Source: Balanoglossus misakiensis
Lineage: Eukaryota > Animalia > Hemichordata
Direction of reading: 5' to 3'
NCBI GenBank assembly: GCA_040954595.2
Contig: CM082594.2
Location: forward strand, 7,819,573 to 7,883,572
DNA length: 64,000 nt
The notes under the pieces are model-generated. The model worked only from the letters and a program-made list of their open reading frames with translations, was not told the origin of the DNA and ran no database searches. The position numbers were made by a program, and so were the translations under genes. This document shows, piece after piece, positions 10,313-22,400 of the stretch; positions within the stretch are counted from its first letter, which is position 1; every line of letters begins with the position of its first letter.

Positions 10313-13300
10313 CTATATTTCCTCCTCCTCCTCCTCGTCTGGTACATCAGGAATAGATTCCAGAATCTTGAACATATTATCAAGGATGTCTCTTGCATCA
10401 TCTCTCGTCATGCCTGGGTCACTTACGATTTTCTGTAGATTCTCAACACTGCTTTCGTAGTACAAAGGATTGTTACTACCTTCTTCTAGGCTTAGTGGAG
10501 GTTCTCCCTTCCTTATTGCCTCCGCTCTGCAGTCGGTCCATCTTTGTGACCATGCATCAAGCAACACATCAGTGACAGATCTGTTAGAATTCACTGCTTG
10601 TTGCTTAAGGAGCTGCATGTCTTCGTAATTAAATCCCATATAGTCAGCCATGAGCCTGACGTCATTGTTGATCGGCGACTCCACGTCCATGAGAAGAGAG
10701 AATTTTTGTCGCGTTTCGCGTAACATCCACCTCACGTCACATTGCCCTCCCTTGGCGCGCAAGAATGTTCGATCGTACCCAGCGCACAGCAAGTCGACAA
10801 CCTTCTCCTCCACTATGATTTGTTCATCGTAGACGTAACCCTCACTGTCGTCCGCATCTAGAACCTTCTGAAGAGAATAATACCGGAACCTCTCCGGGTT
10901 GTAGTGTTCTCGTAGCGATTCGGCACTCAGGATGCTCATTTCGACGTCTATGCCCGGACACGAGAGTTGCAGGATGTCGAAGACGTCAGCCGTCATGAGT
11001 TCTAAGAGTTTATAACACTCCCGGACTTCCTCCTCTTTCTCAGCTCTGACGCATACATGCAGTGCTTCCCGTTCGCGCGTCATGTACACCATGCCCTCCA
11101 CGCGGTAACAGATCTTGATCCCGTTTCGCCAGACGCTGCTCGGGCGTCGGTTGAGCCGAGTCAGGTGCTTGTGGAGTCGCGTCTGCAGCCGGGGGAAGAA
11201 TCCCGGAGAGAAGCTGTCGCACTTGCTTCCGCAGGCGAATCTCCGGCCGTAGTACCGCCGCTTGATCCGGCTTTCCTGCCACTGTCCCGGCGGCATGGTT
11301 TCCTCCAGCAGACTGGGAATCATGTACTCCGTCGACTCCGCGTCCAGAGGGAACAGGATTTCAAACTCTTCCAAAAGACGGAGGACCACGTTCAGATCTG
11401 TGCAGCAGCCGTCCAACACGCTTTCTATCTCCTGCCTGGAATGCTTCTCTTTGGGCAACAGTCGCCGTGGATACTGGTGGAATACAAAGTCTGTGGCCAG
11501 GAAGGGGCCGATGAGTTTGTTACAGAACCACTGCGGATTCAACACCACGACATCTTGACTCTCGGCCAGCTTAGAACTCTTCACATGGATCACCTGGAAA
11601 GAGAACAGCAAGAAAAATATCTCGTTATTTCTCTATTTTTATCAACTCAATTACAATACATAAACTGCTAGTTTTCTGTGGAAGTAAGGGCATTAAAAAT
11701 TCAAGAACTTCCAAGGAAACTGACTATACTCTTACCTCTCCAATATTGTGAAGGTAACTCGTAGCTTTCTCTAACAAATCTTCCTCGATTCCTCTGGCCA
11801 GTTTCTTCCCCCTGGCAGTGTAGTCTTGCCATGAAAGCACCGGAAAATTCACATCAAGGGCCCAGGAATCTTTCTCTTTTAAGATCTCGTCACAGATTTT
11901 TGGCATCGCCTTCTCGCGCTGGATAGGAAAATCAGATGGTGAATCTCTCAGTATATAGGAGATGGTTTGGACAGGATGATGACTGATGTGGATGGGTGGC
12001 AAAAATCTCTGGATACAAAGCTGTTTTAATTGGATATAATATATTAAAACTACTCAGAGCAAGTACAATGTATTACTATGATCATTGAAAGTACAGGCAA
12101 ATTGTTTAGTTCTTTGTTTGACCATATGACATACAGCTATTCAGTACGTGTCTCACCTGAAGGATGACTTCTCGTCTACTCTTCAGCACATCTCTGACTT
12201 TGCCCATGTCCTTATCTTGAGATAAGTGACAATTCAAGACAAAGGTCTCATCCCACACGTTGAGAGAGTCACTGAATGTCTCCTTGGCTTCAGCCAGAAT
12301 TTCATTTGCTACTTTGTTTGCTAGAGGGAAAACGGTGTTTTTATCAAATTTGTGTGTGCAATGAATATTCAAACCCCATGGTAAATCTTTTGATCAAACA
12401 AAACTCTTGATGTCCTAATAATACCACTAGAATCATAATTAGAATCACAATTTTATACCTTCTGCCTTGTATTCATCAGCAACCCAGTCAGCACGGCTGG
12501 CTACCAGAATCACTGTTGGTCTCCTGTCACTCTCAGAACTTTCTGAATCACCATCTCCTGATGAAGAATTTGTGGCCCTTATAAATCTCAACCAGTAAAA
12601 CACCTGGAATAAACCAACAAAGGAGAGAGTCCAAAATTGTCACCATCACCGTATGCAATAGTGGCAATGGATGAAATGATCAAAATATTGACCAAATTAT
12701 TCACTAAGTCAGAAGTATTTAAAGTCAACAGTTATATCAAATGAAGTGATAAAGAAATGAACTGTTAAATGTTTCATTGACAACCAATGTCTACCTTCTG
12801 TTTTTGGTCCTCTTTAGCTTTGAGTGGTGGTATCACTTCAATCACCTCCCCGTTGATCGATTTAGTGCAGTCCACAATCTTGTACATGAGCAAGAAGGTG
12901 GCATTCTCCGCATTCAGGACCATGTTGTGAGTCACGTAAAACTCGGACTGTCCAGCAAAATCCCAGAGACTAAACTGGCCGGCGTTTGGTATGTTCGTGG
13001 TGCAGACGTCGATGCCGGCCGTCGGGGTGTGCTTGTCTTTGCCTGGGCAAGGTGCTGGGGACTCGTGTGGTCTCCGAAACCAACTCCATTCCTGTCAGAA
13101 GTGAAACAGACAGAAACACTTAGTAATTTGTCAGAGCCCAATCAGATGAGACTTTGTTTAGAGAAACTGCATACGAGTCAAATGGTTTAAAAACAACTCA
13201 CTTTCTGTAGTGATTCCTTCAACGTGGTTTTACCGACTCCACCATGACCACAGATGTACAATTTGACAGATTTCACACTCACACCAGGCTCATGCATCAG

Positions 13301-15241
13301 TACACTGCGGTCTTTCTCCTGTGAAAATGAAAAATAGTGCAGACAGTGAGACAGTTTGTAGAAGACCAAGAACCATGGGCCAATGGTGCCTGGTCAGACA
13401 CTGTGTTGTAAATAATATACCGTAACATGATGCTTACTTTTTTTTCTTTGACCAGCAGTCTCTCTATTTCACTGTAGTGCCCTTTCATTCGGCCCTTGGT
13501 TGCTCTGCTGATTTTGTCCCTTAATAGTGTCAGAGGTGTGTGGCCTTCCTATGAAAATATGAATCAGTGTTATTTATTGTGATACGTTACACGTCATATA
13601 ACAATAGCCAACTGTTACAGCTAACAGAATTTTAAATATCGTAATTCACCAACCTTATTTGTGCAATCCAGATCCACATTTTCTGACAGTAACAATTTGA
13701 CAATTTTGACGGCATCTTGTGCTTCTCTTTGGGCGACACTTTCAGGTTTCTTGAAGTTAACACCAAACCGTATGATGGAGAACAAGGCATTTTCCCCACT
13801 CTGCAGTAAAGAAGTGAGAGGGTTAGAGCTAGAGCATGTGCATGTAAAATAAATCTTTGTGACAGGTGACAATCTAGGACTATACCAATCTGGCTATTCA
13901 CGTTTGTATGCAGTTGATGACAGGTTCCCCCCCCCCCCCCCCCCCCCCCCCGCCACATTTATGTCAGACACTTGCCTTGTTTAATGTTTTGACGTCGGCT
14001 TTTCTCGCTCCGGATCTGCTATCGAGAAGGAGACTGCAACATTCATAATGCCCCTTGCTGGCTGCGATGTGCAATGCAGAGACTTGAGCCTGTAGTGAAA
14101 TTGAACAAAGGAATGTACAATGCAGACCTTGACATGTCTCCTATACATTGTACATACTGTATAATCAACAGAATTCCTCCCCATTATCTCAATGACATAT
14201 TTCACAGCATCTTTTCAGGCCGTCCTACGATTACTCACATTGTTCACTGCATTCAGGTCTGCTCCTTTCTCCACAAATATCCTCACTATGTTCATATGAA
14301 TCTCTGTTTCCACTGCAGCGTGAAGTGGAGTTTTTCCATCCTGAAAAGAAATCACAGCGATCACATTAAAGACAAAATGTGACAGACAAGTTAACCCTTC
14401 CTCCCCTGTTTCCCTCTGTGGAGGTCCAACTTTATCACAGGAAACACAAGATTTGGACAAAACCATGGTGGTGGAAGGGTAAATTTTGAGAAGCAAAATC
14501 TTCAACAACACACATGAAGAACATACATGTACATATGGTCAAAAGTACAGGTGACCAAAGATGTAACTTACTTTACTTTTGACGTTGATCTCTGCACCAT
14601 GATCAAGTAAGTACGAGACAATCTCTGGATTATTGGACTTGGCTGCCCAGTGAAGCGCTGTGAATCCAAACTGATGGTGAAAAAAGAAATAGTTCCATGG
14701 ATAGTACCGGTAGCTGTTTTTGTCATTTTTACATAGTTCATGCATACAGTAATCAATAAAAATAATACGAAAAACAGGAATCATTGAACCTACTTTAATT
14801 ATACACTGTGAATTCCACCAACACTGTATTTTACCTTGTTTTTCTGATTTACACCAGCCTTCCATTCAATCAAGAGTTTCACAACTTCTAAGTGACCGAA
14901 TCGAGCTGCATCATGCAGTAACGAATTTCCATACTGGGAGGGGAGTAAAAGGAAAGTGTGAAATAATATGAGTGTCATACAGGTTAATGTATCGGTAATG
15001 TGAATCCAGCTTTTTAAGATCATACGTGTGCTTCTGTTGTTTATCGGTGCAATGTACTGGTACACTCATCAGAAAACAATTCATTCTTATTTAGATTTAC
15101 AGACTACATGAAGTGAATCTTTCTTACTTCATCCTGCTTCTTGATCAATGTCTGTCTGCCAACGTCATGGGCCCATCTCTGTATCTTCTCAACGTCGCCT
15201 TCCTTCACGGCTTTGGATAGTTCATCCTCCTCTTCGGCCAT
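10313..15241 (-). CDS. Kinase-less DAPK-like Roco protein B: ankyrin repeats - Roc GTPase - COR - death domain (about 990 aa, 13 coding exons)
   Basis: Exons: 15241-15128, 14933-14835, 14670-14572, 14340-14239, 14089-13976, 13800-13654, 13548-13438, 13318-13202, 13091-12795, 12603-12459, 12320-12157, 11918-11736, 11593-10313. Exon number and phases match paralog A, and intron 5 is GC-AG. Roc motifs: GHGGVGKTT, PTAGI, WDFAGQ, VASRAD. COR motifs: VVLNPQWFC, FSPGFFPRLQ. Death domain: RQKFSLLMD...DVRLMADYMGF...LLDAW...SSVENLQKI...RDDARDIL. Confidence 0.9.
13927..13951. repeat. Poly-C run (G25 on the transcribed strand) in the GC-AG intron of paralog B
   Basis: 25 consecutive C. Confidence 0.95.
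14391..14482. mobile_element. ~90 bp MITE family 1 (TTAACCC...GGGTTAA, piggyBac-like ends), degenerate copy
   Basis: Shares termini and the internal GAGGTCCAAC...TTTGGAC...ACCATGGTGGTG core with six other copies in this window. Confidence 0.7.
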
Positions 15242-15750
15242 CTTGTCGGTCACCTGTCACATCTTAAATCCTATAACTGCCACAAAATGGAAATCAAGGA
15301 AAATTATTTGGCGTTGATAGAAAAGTAGAGACAGAAAAAATACTTAGAAATTCTTGAAAATGTATGAAAACTTACTTTTAGCAAACCCTTTACTATTCCA
15401 ACACCAGTATCAGTGTGGGCTCCAACAACTTCAGCTATCTGTATATGAGAAAAAAACTTCCTTGTATAACTTAGGTATATAGGCTCTCATATTTGTTCAG
15501 GGTGAGAGATTTTGAAAAGAGTGGGCGGAGTAGTGGTAATGTAGTACAGAATAGCTTGGAATTTCCAAACAAACAATAAAGGGCAATCTGGAAGAAGATA
15601 AATACTTTCAAACCTTTTGAAACTGAATTTGCCAAAAACGCCTTCAGGCTGTTCATAAATATCATAAACAACAGCATTGACATTACATGTGTACGTGACA
15701 ACCAACACATTCACCATTTTGGCGTTCAATATATTATGCCTCTCACTCAT

Positions 15751-15792
15751 TAGCCTGGTCTCCATAAAAACACTGGTATGGAGCCCAGGCTA
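15751..15792. mobile_element. Tiny TAGCCT...AGGCTA inverted-repeat element (MITE family 2)
   Basis: TAGCCTGGTCTCCATA and TATGGAGCCCAGGCTA form 16-bp inverted arms with one mismatch. TCACTCAT is repeated on both flanks (offset on the right). Confidence 0.6.
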
Positions 15793-16123
15793 CTAGTTCA
15801 CTCATAAACCAAGATTCAGAACTCGATAGTGTATATAAAAAGCGATATCGAACGTACCTGATGGTATCTGTTGAAGCATGTGTATTTCAAATTTCCTGCA
15901 ATTTTACTAAGTGCCCGTCACAACCTATCGTGTCCCAGCTGCACTATAAGAACAAGGGATGTGCATGTCCAACCGATCAGTCCTTGCCTTCCGTCATGCA
16001 GTAACTCTAACTCTGCGTCTTTTTGGACATTTTAGAGTGAACGAACGACAAAGAACTGGTCATGAATGAAGCAATATTCGATCACAGACAGCCTATTTCT
16101 CAACTTGAAACATAATCTAGATG

Positions 16124-16141
16124 GGGGAATCCCCTGATTGG
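16124..16141. promoter_or_regulatory. NF-kB site GGGGAATCCCC with adjacent CCAAT box upstream of Roco paralog B
   Basis: Near-palindromic p50-type kB site at 16124-16134, followed by TGATTGG. It lies about 270 bp above a minus-strand 5'UTR-type donor near 15857. Confidence 0.55.
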
Positions 16142-16561
16142 TGGCGCCGCATATGCCGGGAAAAAGTTATTCCTTCGTTTTTATAATACCGCCTTATATA
16201 AGAACCAATGCAAACATCTATAGTCAGACAACTCCGTACACAACAGCTGACAGTCAACTAAATTAGATGTTATAATGATTAATTCATTAAAAACAATTAA
16301 AGAATATGTGTTAATGGGGGAAAATATGTACAAAATTAATTGCACAAAAGTCGGATGTTTTGACAGTTATTTTAATAACAATATATTTGCATCAAATTGC
16401 ACGGCTGTGCATCGCTACGTAACAATCATTTACATATGTTTTCAACTCCCTCAAAATGTATTGGTGGGAAGGATGACCACTTTTGGTATCATCTGCTCCT
16501 GACACGTAAACGTATTTTCCCGCTCCTCCACAAGCTGTGCTTATTGTTGAACGTTGTTTTA

Positions 16562-17482
16562 TTATCTAATAAAAGAAAGTGCTGATATAAGAGCAAATCC
16601 AATGATAAGGACGACAGTTTTTGGTGCCCTCTTCTTTTTTTCCACAATGGCATCGGAGAGAAGTTCAAAGAACGCTATGTATAGGAGCATTCCTGCAGCT
16701 AACCCTTGCATGATGCCGCTGACTAGATTAACGCTCACCGATTCCGAGGACCCACTTATACCAATGCCAATCGCAATGCCGATCGGAAAGACCGTTGCGT
16801 GGAGACAGACAAGAAGAACAGCCACGCCCGTACGGAGGTTCCTGCGTTTCATGTTGGCGGCGAAACTGAAACTGCCCGGGATTTCGTGGCAGGCGAGTCC
16901 CGCGAAGAGAATGAGCACATCGGTGGCATTCGACAGAAGTCCCAAGACGATGCCCGCGAAGATGCCGTGGATGCAGAGACCGAAGAAAAACATGTAGGAC
17001 CTGATGACGTGTGATCGAGCCGGCGCATCGGCGTCGTTGGGCGTGGTGTGCTGATGGATTTGTTCGTTGCTAAGGGCGGTGCTGTGATAACCAGAACTTT
17101 CTTCCGCTTTGGGTTTCAGTGGGATGTCTTCATCACTCATGCCTTCACTCACTATACATAGTTCCGCGCAGAAACATAATGCCTGTTCTAGTATAAACAT
17201 CAGCAATATTCCAGCACAAGCTAGGAATTCGGCAAACGGAAAACTTGAATCAAAGTTCAGGCGTTCACTGGCAAGCACGAACTCTTCACGGACGTGGGGT
17301 AGAAGATGTACCATACCAGTTGCTAATATAACTCCTCCCGCGAAAGAATTCAGGAAGCTGAACACTTGTTCCACGACTGAAGTACGTATTTGGTGACCCA
17401 ACGCAATCGGAACCAAACCACTGATGGTTGTAGCTCCGAACAAACCAAGCAAGGCAATGATATGAGCGTAAATTAGATCCAT
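16562..17482 (-). CDS. ZIP (SLC39, subfamily II / ZIP1-3-like) zinc or metal transporter, single coding exon, 306 aa
   Basis: About 8 hydrophobic segments. Motifs: SFAGGVILATGMVHLLP, FPFAEFLACAG, a His-containing loop, TM4 CIHGIFAG, TM5 CHEIPG, PIGIAIG, MQGLAAGMLLYIAFFELL. First ATG is at 17482. Confidence 0.9.
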   Translation of the reverse strand: MDLIYAHIIALLGLFGATTISGLVPIALGHQIRTSVVEQVFSFLNSFAGGVILATGMVHLLPHVREEFVLASERLNFDSSFPFAEFLACAGILLMFILEQALCFCAELCIVSEGMSDEDIPLKPKAEESSGYHSTALSNEQIHQHTTPNDADAPARSHVIRSYMFFFGLCIHGIFAGIVLGLLSNATDVLILFAGLACHEIPGSFSFAANMKRRNLRTGVAVLLVCLHATVFPIGIAIGIGISGSSESVSVNLVSGIMQGLAAGMLLYIAFFELLSDAIVEKKKRAPKTVVLIIGFALISALSFIR

Positions 17483-19189
17483 TTCCAGCACTTGCTCACA
17501 GTTCGTGGTACAAGGCTATATTGACATGAGAGTAAATTCGTGAGATGACAATAGATGAAGGTTAATAGGCCAGAAGGCTGGGTAAAACAATGGATGGAAC
17601 ACTTTCAATTGACAATACAATTCGGACTATTAAATAATCTTTCATAATATCTCCTGAACATGTGCTCTTTTTTTTCATATACAATGCAGCTGTTCATGCC
17701 TTCAATAATTAATGAAAAACATATGCATTATAATTAGGGTTGCATACTTGATGTCTGTACCGTACATGGAATCTTGGTTGCAATCATGTTTAAATAAAAT
17801 ATAAAAATATCATTAATGATTCACAAATAATCAAAAGTCGCAGATAGTCAACTTTTGAAACAGAGGATCCGAATGTAATTATATAAATGGATTAAGTTGA
17901 TAAAGTAAACATCGGTGACCACACAATGAGTAATAAAAGGAAAAAAGAAACAATGATCATGTTCCTTGTAAATTTTATTTTTTTAATCCAATTTTCCACT
18001 CCTGCATATCATATCATTTATTTTTCACATACAAAAAAAGTTGGATATCAGGTAATTGGAGCTAAAATGATAGAATTCCATAAACCCATCACTCCATTTA
18101 CAAATATACAAATTTATCACAGCTGAGTTGTCTGTTGTGTCTTCAAAATTTACACCAATCAATTTCTATATTCAAACTTTTGAAGACAATCTAATATAAA
18201 ATCCTGCTAAATAGTTCATTTCATCTTGCATAGTACGTTGTAGTAAATACACCATTTTTTGTACAATTCAAGTTAACATGGAAATCTTTTGATCATAACA
18301 TGTATAAATGTACAATTGATTGATAAAAAATCCAGGAAAAAGTTGATTTTATAAATCCTTTTAGATATGTATCTGAAGAAGAATTCTGAAACTGTAAAGG
18401 ATTAAAACATCTTATTTTCCCTTCCTGGATCCAAAGTTATAAACCTAAATTGTACCTAATTTATTCAATAGTAGATTGTTGATGGGTTGAAATACAAGGT
18501 TATCTTATATAAGTTTATGGAAAATAATAGCTCACAGAAAACATGATATTAGGAAACTATGGCAACAAAGAAATTTTGGGGTAAATAAACATCCCAGACT
18601 ACTTGATACACAAGATGAAATATGGAAGTTAGGAAAAGGTTAGATTTGACCGATCGACAAAAGGTGTTACAGAAAGTAGATCAGTAGAGAAAAAGTACAC
18701 AACATGCCTTTTAGGAAAGTTGATTCTTCATTTTGTGATTTTTTTCCATTTCATGATTTGATGTAAAAATTACGAAAAGTTGATTGCCATTCTGGAATGT
18801 TTTCAATCCTGTTCTTGATATAAGCTGCAGTATCTGTAGTTTAACTTCAAATTTAGCAAATAAAGCGTGACATCAAAACCTACATGAAACATTATAGGAG
18901 AAAATAATATTTAAGATGAAATTCTTAATTTGATTCAAATTGATTTTCAAAATGTTTTGGCACAGACACAAGTACTTTTTTTGCAGTAGAAAAAAGCTTG
19001 TATGAGTTGCTTTGGTATCACAGTCAATATGTATAGATAAACGGCATGTATCGTACAAAAGAAGTAAGCCTCTTATGCTCATAAATGATATATGCACCTA
19101 ACCCTTATAGTGCACAGTTGTCAAGACAAGGTTTCAGAATACACTTAGCATTTTGGTCCATGCATATAGGCAGCTCCTTGCCAGCACCT

Positions 19190-19267
19190 CATGTTTCGTG
19201 ATTGGTCAGAAGAAGTCACATGGCTGTCCCATGTTTCATGATTGGTCAGAAGAAGTCACATGGCTGT
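19190..19267. repeat. Tandem 40-bp duplication (CATGTTTCRTGATTGGTCAGAAGAAGTCACATGGCTGT x2) downstream of the cubilin stop
   Basis: Two near-identical adjacent copies. Confidence 0.9.
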
Positions 19268-19497
19268 TAACGGAGACAGTGATTTGCTGACCAAAGTGCT
19301 GTATCTCTTTGCAAGTTAGAGTTCTTCAAAGGTGTCACAAATGATTAAATGACAGAAAACATGAAATAATAAATGACAGTCCTTGGAAAACAAAACCCCC
19401 AAGCAGTTATAACATATCTGATCTGTACAATTACAAAATGTTAAGTACTGTAGCAAAAAATTATGATAATACTGCTGTTTTTCCTAAACAGTTCTCA

Positions 19498-22400
19498 CTA
19501 ACTGTTGTACTGAACTCTGAAACCCTGAAAGACTTGTCCATAATCAGTCGATGAATCAGTTGTTAAGCGCAAGAACAGGTTTCTTCCAGTTGCTTGAAGA
19601 TTTGCAGGAAGTGACTACAAAGAAAAGAAAGACAACTTAATAGTACATGCTTTAAGGTACATATATTTATTGGTGTTTGAGGAGCACCAAAAATCCTATA
19701 AATATATAAATGGTAAAGTTTCTCTATTGAAAAATGTTGTCATTTTGGAAATCAATTTAATTTTTGTCAGTCTTAATATCAATGTTTTCTGCTTGCAAAC
19801 ATGTACTGCCATAATACATGAACAGCAATTATTCAGCACTCTGAGGAAAATTTTGGACATATGCAGATAAACAATTCTGCAAGGATGTGACGATTTGTAG
19901 AATTGAAACTCACCGTTCCACAGAACCTTCCAAACGAACTGGCACTGTCGGATGTACCGTCGAAAATCTCCAGTTTATCCGAATTGCAGACACCGGCCGT
20001 GCCGTCTATGGACAAGTGTGTGAACTGCAGCGTCACCGGCTGTCGTCCTGCAGGCACTGTGATTGTCCATTCACAATTCAAGTTGGCATCGTATCGATCA
20101 GGAAATCCCGGACTGGTGAAACTTCCCGTATGTGTAGTAAACAGACCGCCGCAACCTATGCAAAAAAGAGTGAATGAATGATTAAATGTTTCTTTCTCAA
20201 AATTGTATTTACATTGATTAGTGCAGCCAAGTCATGTTACCTAAAGTATGATGTTATTAATAGAAAAGATAGTTATGTTGATTTGGCTGGCCAATCGATG
20301 AATCATTTAACCCTTTCACCACAGTGGTTCAGTCCAAACCCATTGTTTTCTATGGTAAGGTTGGACCTCTAAAGAGGGAACTGGGGGTGAAAGGGTTCAG
20401 CTTAAAATTTAGCTACAATGTATTTTGCCATCTGGCCCAGCAGCAGAATGAACGTTGCTGACATTATTGGCCGATAATCTCACTTACCACGTGTTGATGA
20501 TGACGTCGATGTAAATGTAAGGTCGTAACCACTGTGGGTGATTGATCTATCCGTCTTGAACTGCAAGAGCACATTGTTACCAAAGGCAAAGACTGGGTCT
20601 GGAAGAGTTCCACCATTGTTGCACAGGTTAGCCAGCTGGATGCCAGTTGTAACCAGGCCATCATATATCTGCAGAGAGATGACAATAATAAGAACATGAT
20701 CTTTGAGAACACCACTCCTTGTGTATTGAGTGGTGACGATCTATTTATCACATCTATGCTTAAAGGGGCATGTGCAATGCATAGACAGCCCACGTCAAGA
20801 AATATGGGTCTTTGAAACAAATGACAATTGAAATAATTACTTACTCTCAGGTAGTCATAGTTACATTGTGCATTAAACTCCATCTCAAAGAAGTTGAAAT
20901 AAATGGCTATCTTAGTACCAGCAGGTGACGTGATCGTTGTGTTACAGAATGCATTGACTGGATAGTCGTCTGGATAGTTTGGACTTGTTAAGCGACCGTT
21001 GCCCAGAGACAATGCCTGAGAACAATCTGCAAACAGAGAAAATCATATATTTTGCTGATTGTAATAATCCATCACGCATTTGGTGTAGTACATTGAAATG
21101 TACATTTTGGAAATCAAAGTCTTGATATATTTCTGGCAATGCTTTACTCAAGTAAAATTTGAACGACTTTAATGCGCAAGTGTGAGAAATGATTGACAGC
21201 ATTACATACCTGATATGACATACTGCAGTTGGAAGCCTTGACCAGTTAGTGCACCATCGGTTTGGAAATTGACTTCAACCGTTCTGCCAGATGACCTGAA
21301 CACCGGCGGGGTGGTTGACCCGCAGTATTTCACAGCTTGACCTGCTGCAAACTGTGACAAATTTATATCAAAATCAAAGTTATTAGAAAAGGTATTAATG
21401 TCTCTAGCTAAACAGATAAAGTTTGTAGTTGAACAGTTAATGTAAGGGTTCGTCTGTGCAGGGGACTTAAATACTTAAATGTTCAGTTTGATGACTGGAA
21501 TATATACTAAATTAACCTTCTCACCCCCGGTTCACTCTTTGGAGGTCCAACTTTACCATAGAAAACAATGGGGTTTGGACCAAACCATGTTGGTGAAAGG
21601 GTTAGTGTAACCTGGTACTTACCATTGGAGAGTCTCGGAACTCCAGGTAGTCTCCGTCGCAGTTACTGTTCGACTGAACGTCCATGTTGATCACTGTAAT
21701 TTCCACAACAGCGTCACTGGGAGCATCCAACATCCATCGGCAGCGAATGTTATTGCTGTAGTCGCTGGGATAATTCGGTGAGGTGATTGTCTGTGGATCG
21801 TTTGTCGCATTGAAAATACCACCACAAAGACCTGAAAGATAAGGATGATCAAGTTTAGTAACTGCTACAATTATCTTTTTTGGCATACTGACCTTTTACA
21901 ACAAAACTAAAACTGATGTACTTACGATCTGTAGCAGTGTAAGTAGCAGCAAATCCCGTGCCTGCAATTCCGCTGTCAGAATGGAAGGTGACGTACATCG
22001 AATTGAAAGACGTCTGGATCACACCTGGGAGGCTGTTTCCACAGTAACGGCCAATCACAGCCGACTGTGAGGTCAACCCATCACGAATCTGGGAGAAGAG
22101 AAAAAATATGCATTTTTAATTTACTGTCTTTTAGGGTTTGTGTATAATCCTGACTTTCTCTATATGGTCATCCAATAGAACTTCATGTAAAGACATTAAT
22201 TTTTATTGCTATTTAGACATTGATAACTATTTTGTAGGAATGCTACTCCACCCTATTTACTCACCTCCAAATAATCACTGACACAATTTACTGTACCCTG
22301 GATGTCAAACGATGTGAACGACAGACTGACCACTTGGTTCCCGTCGACAGTGATTTTATACACACAATCCAGATCGTTCTCATAGCTACCGTCGTTGTCA

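Noticed and set aside
16554-16997. 147-aa plus-strand ORF
   Set aside because: Antisense shadow of the ZIP coding sequence.
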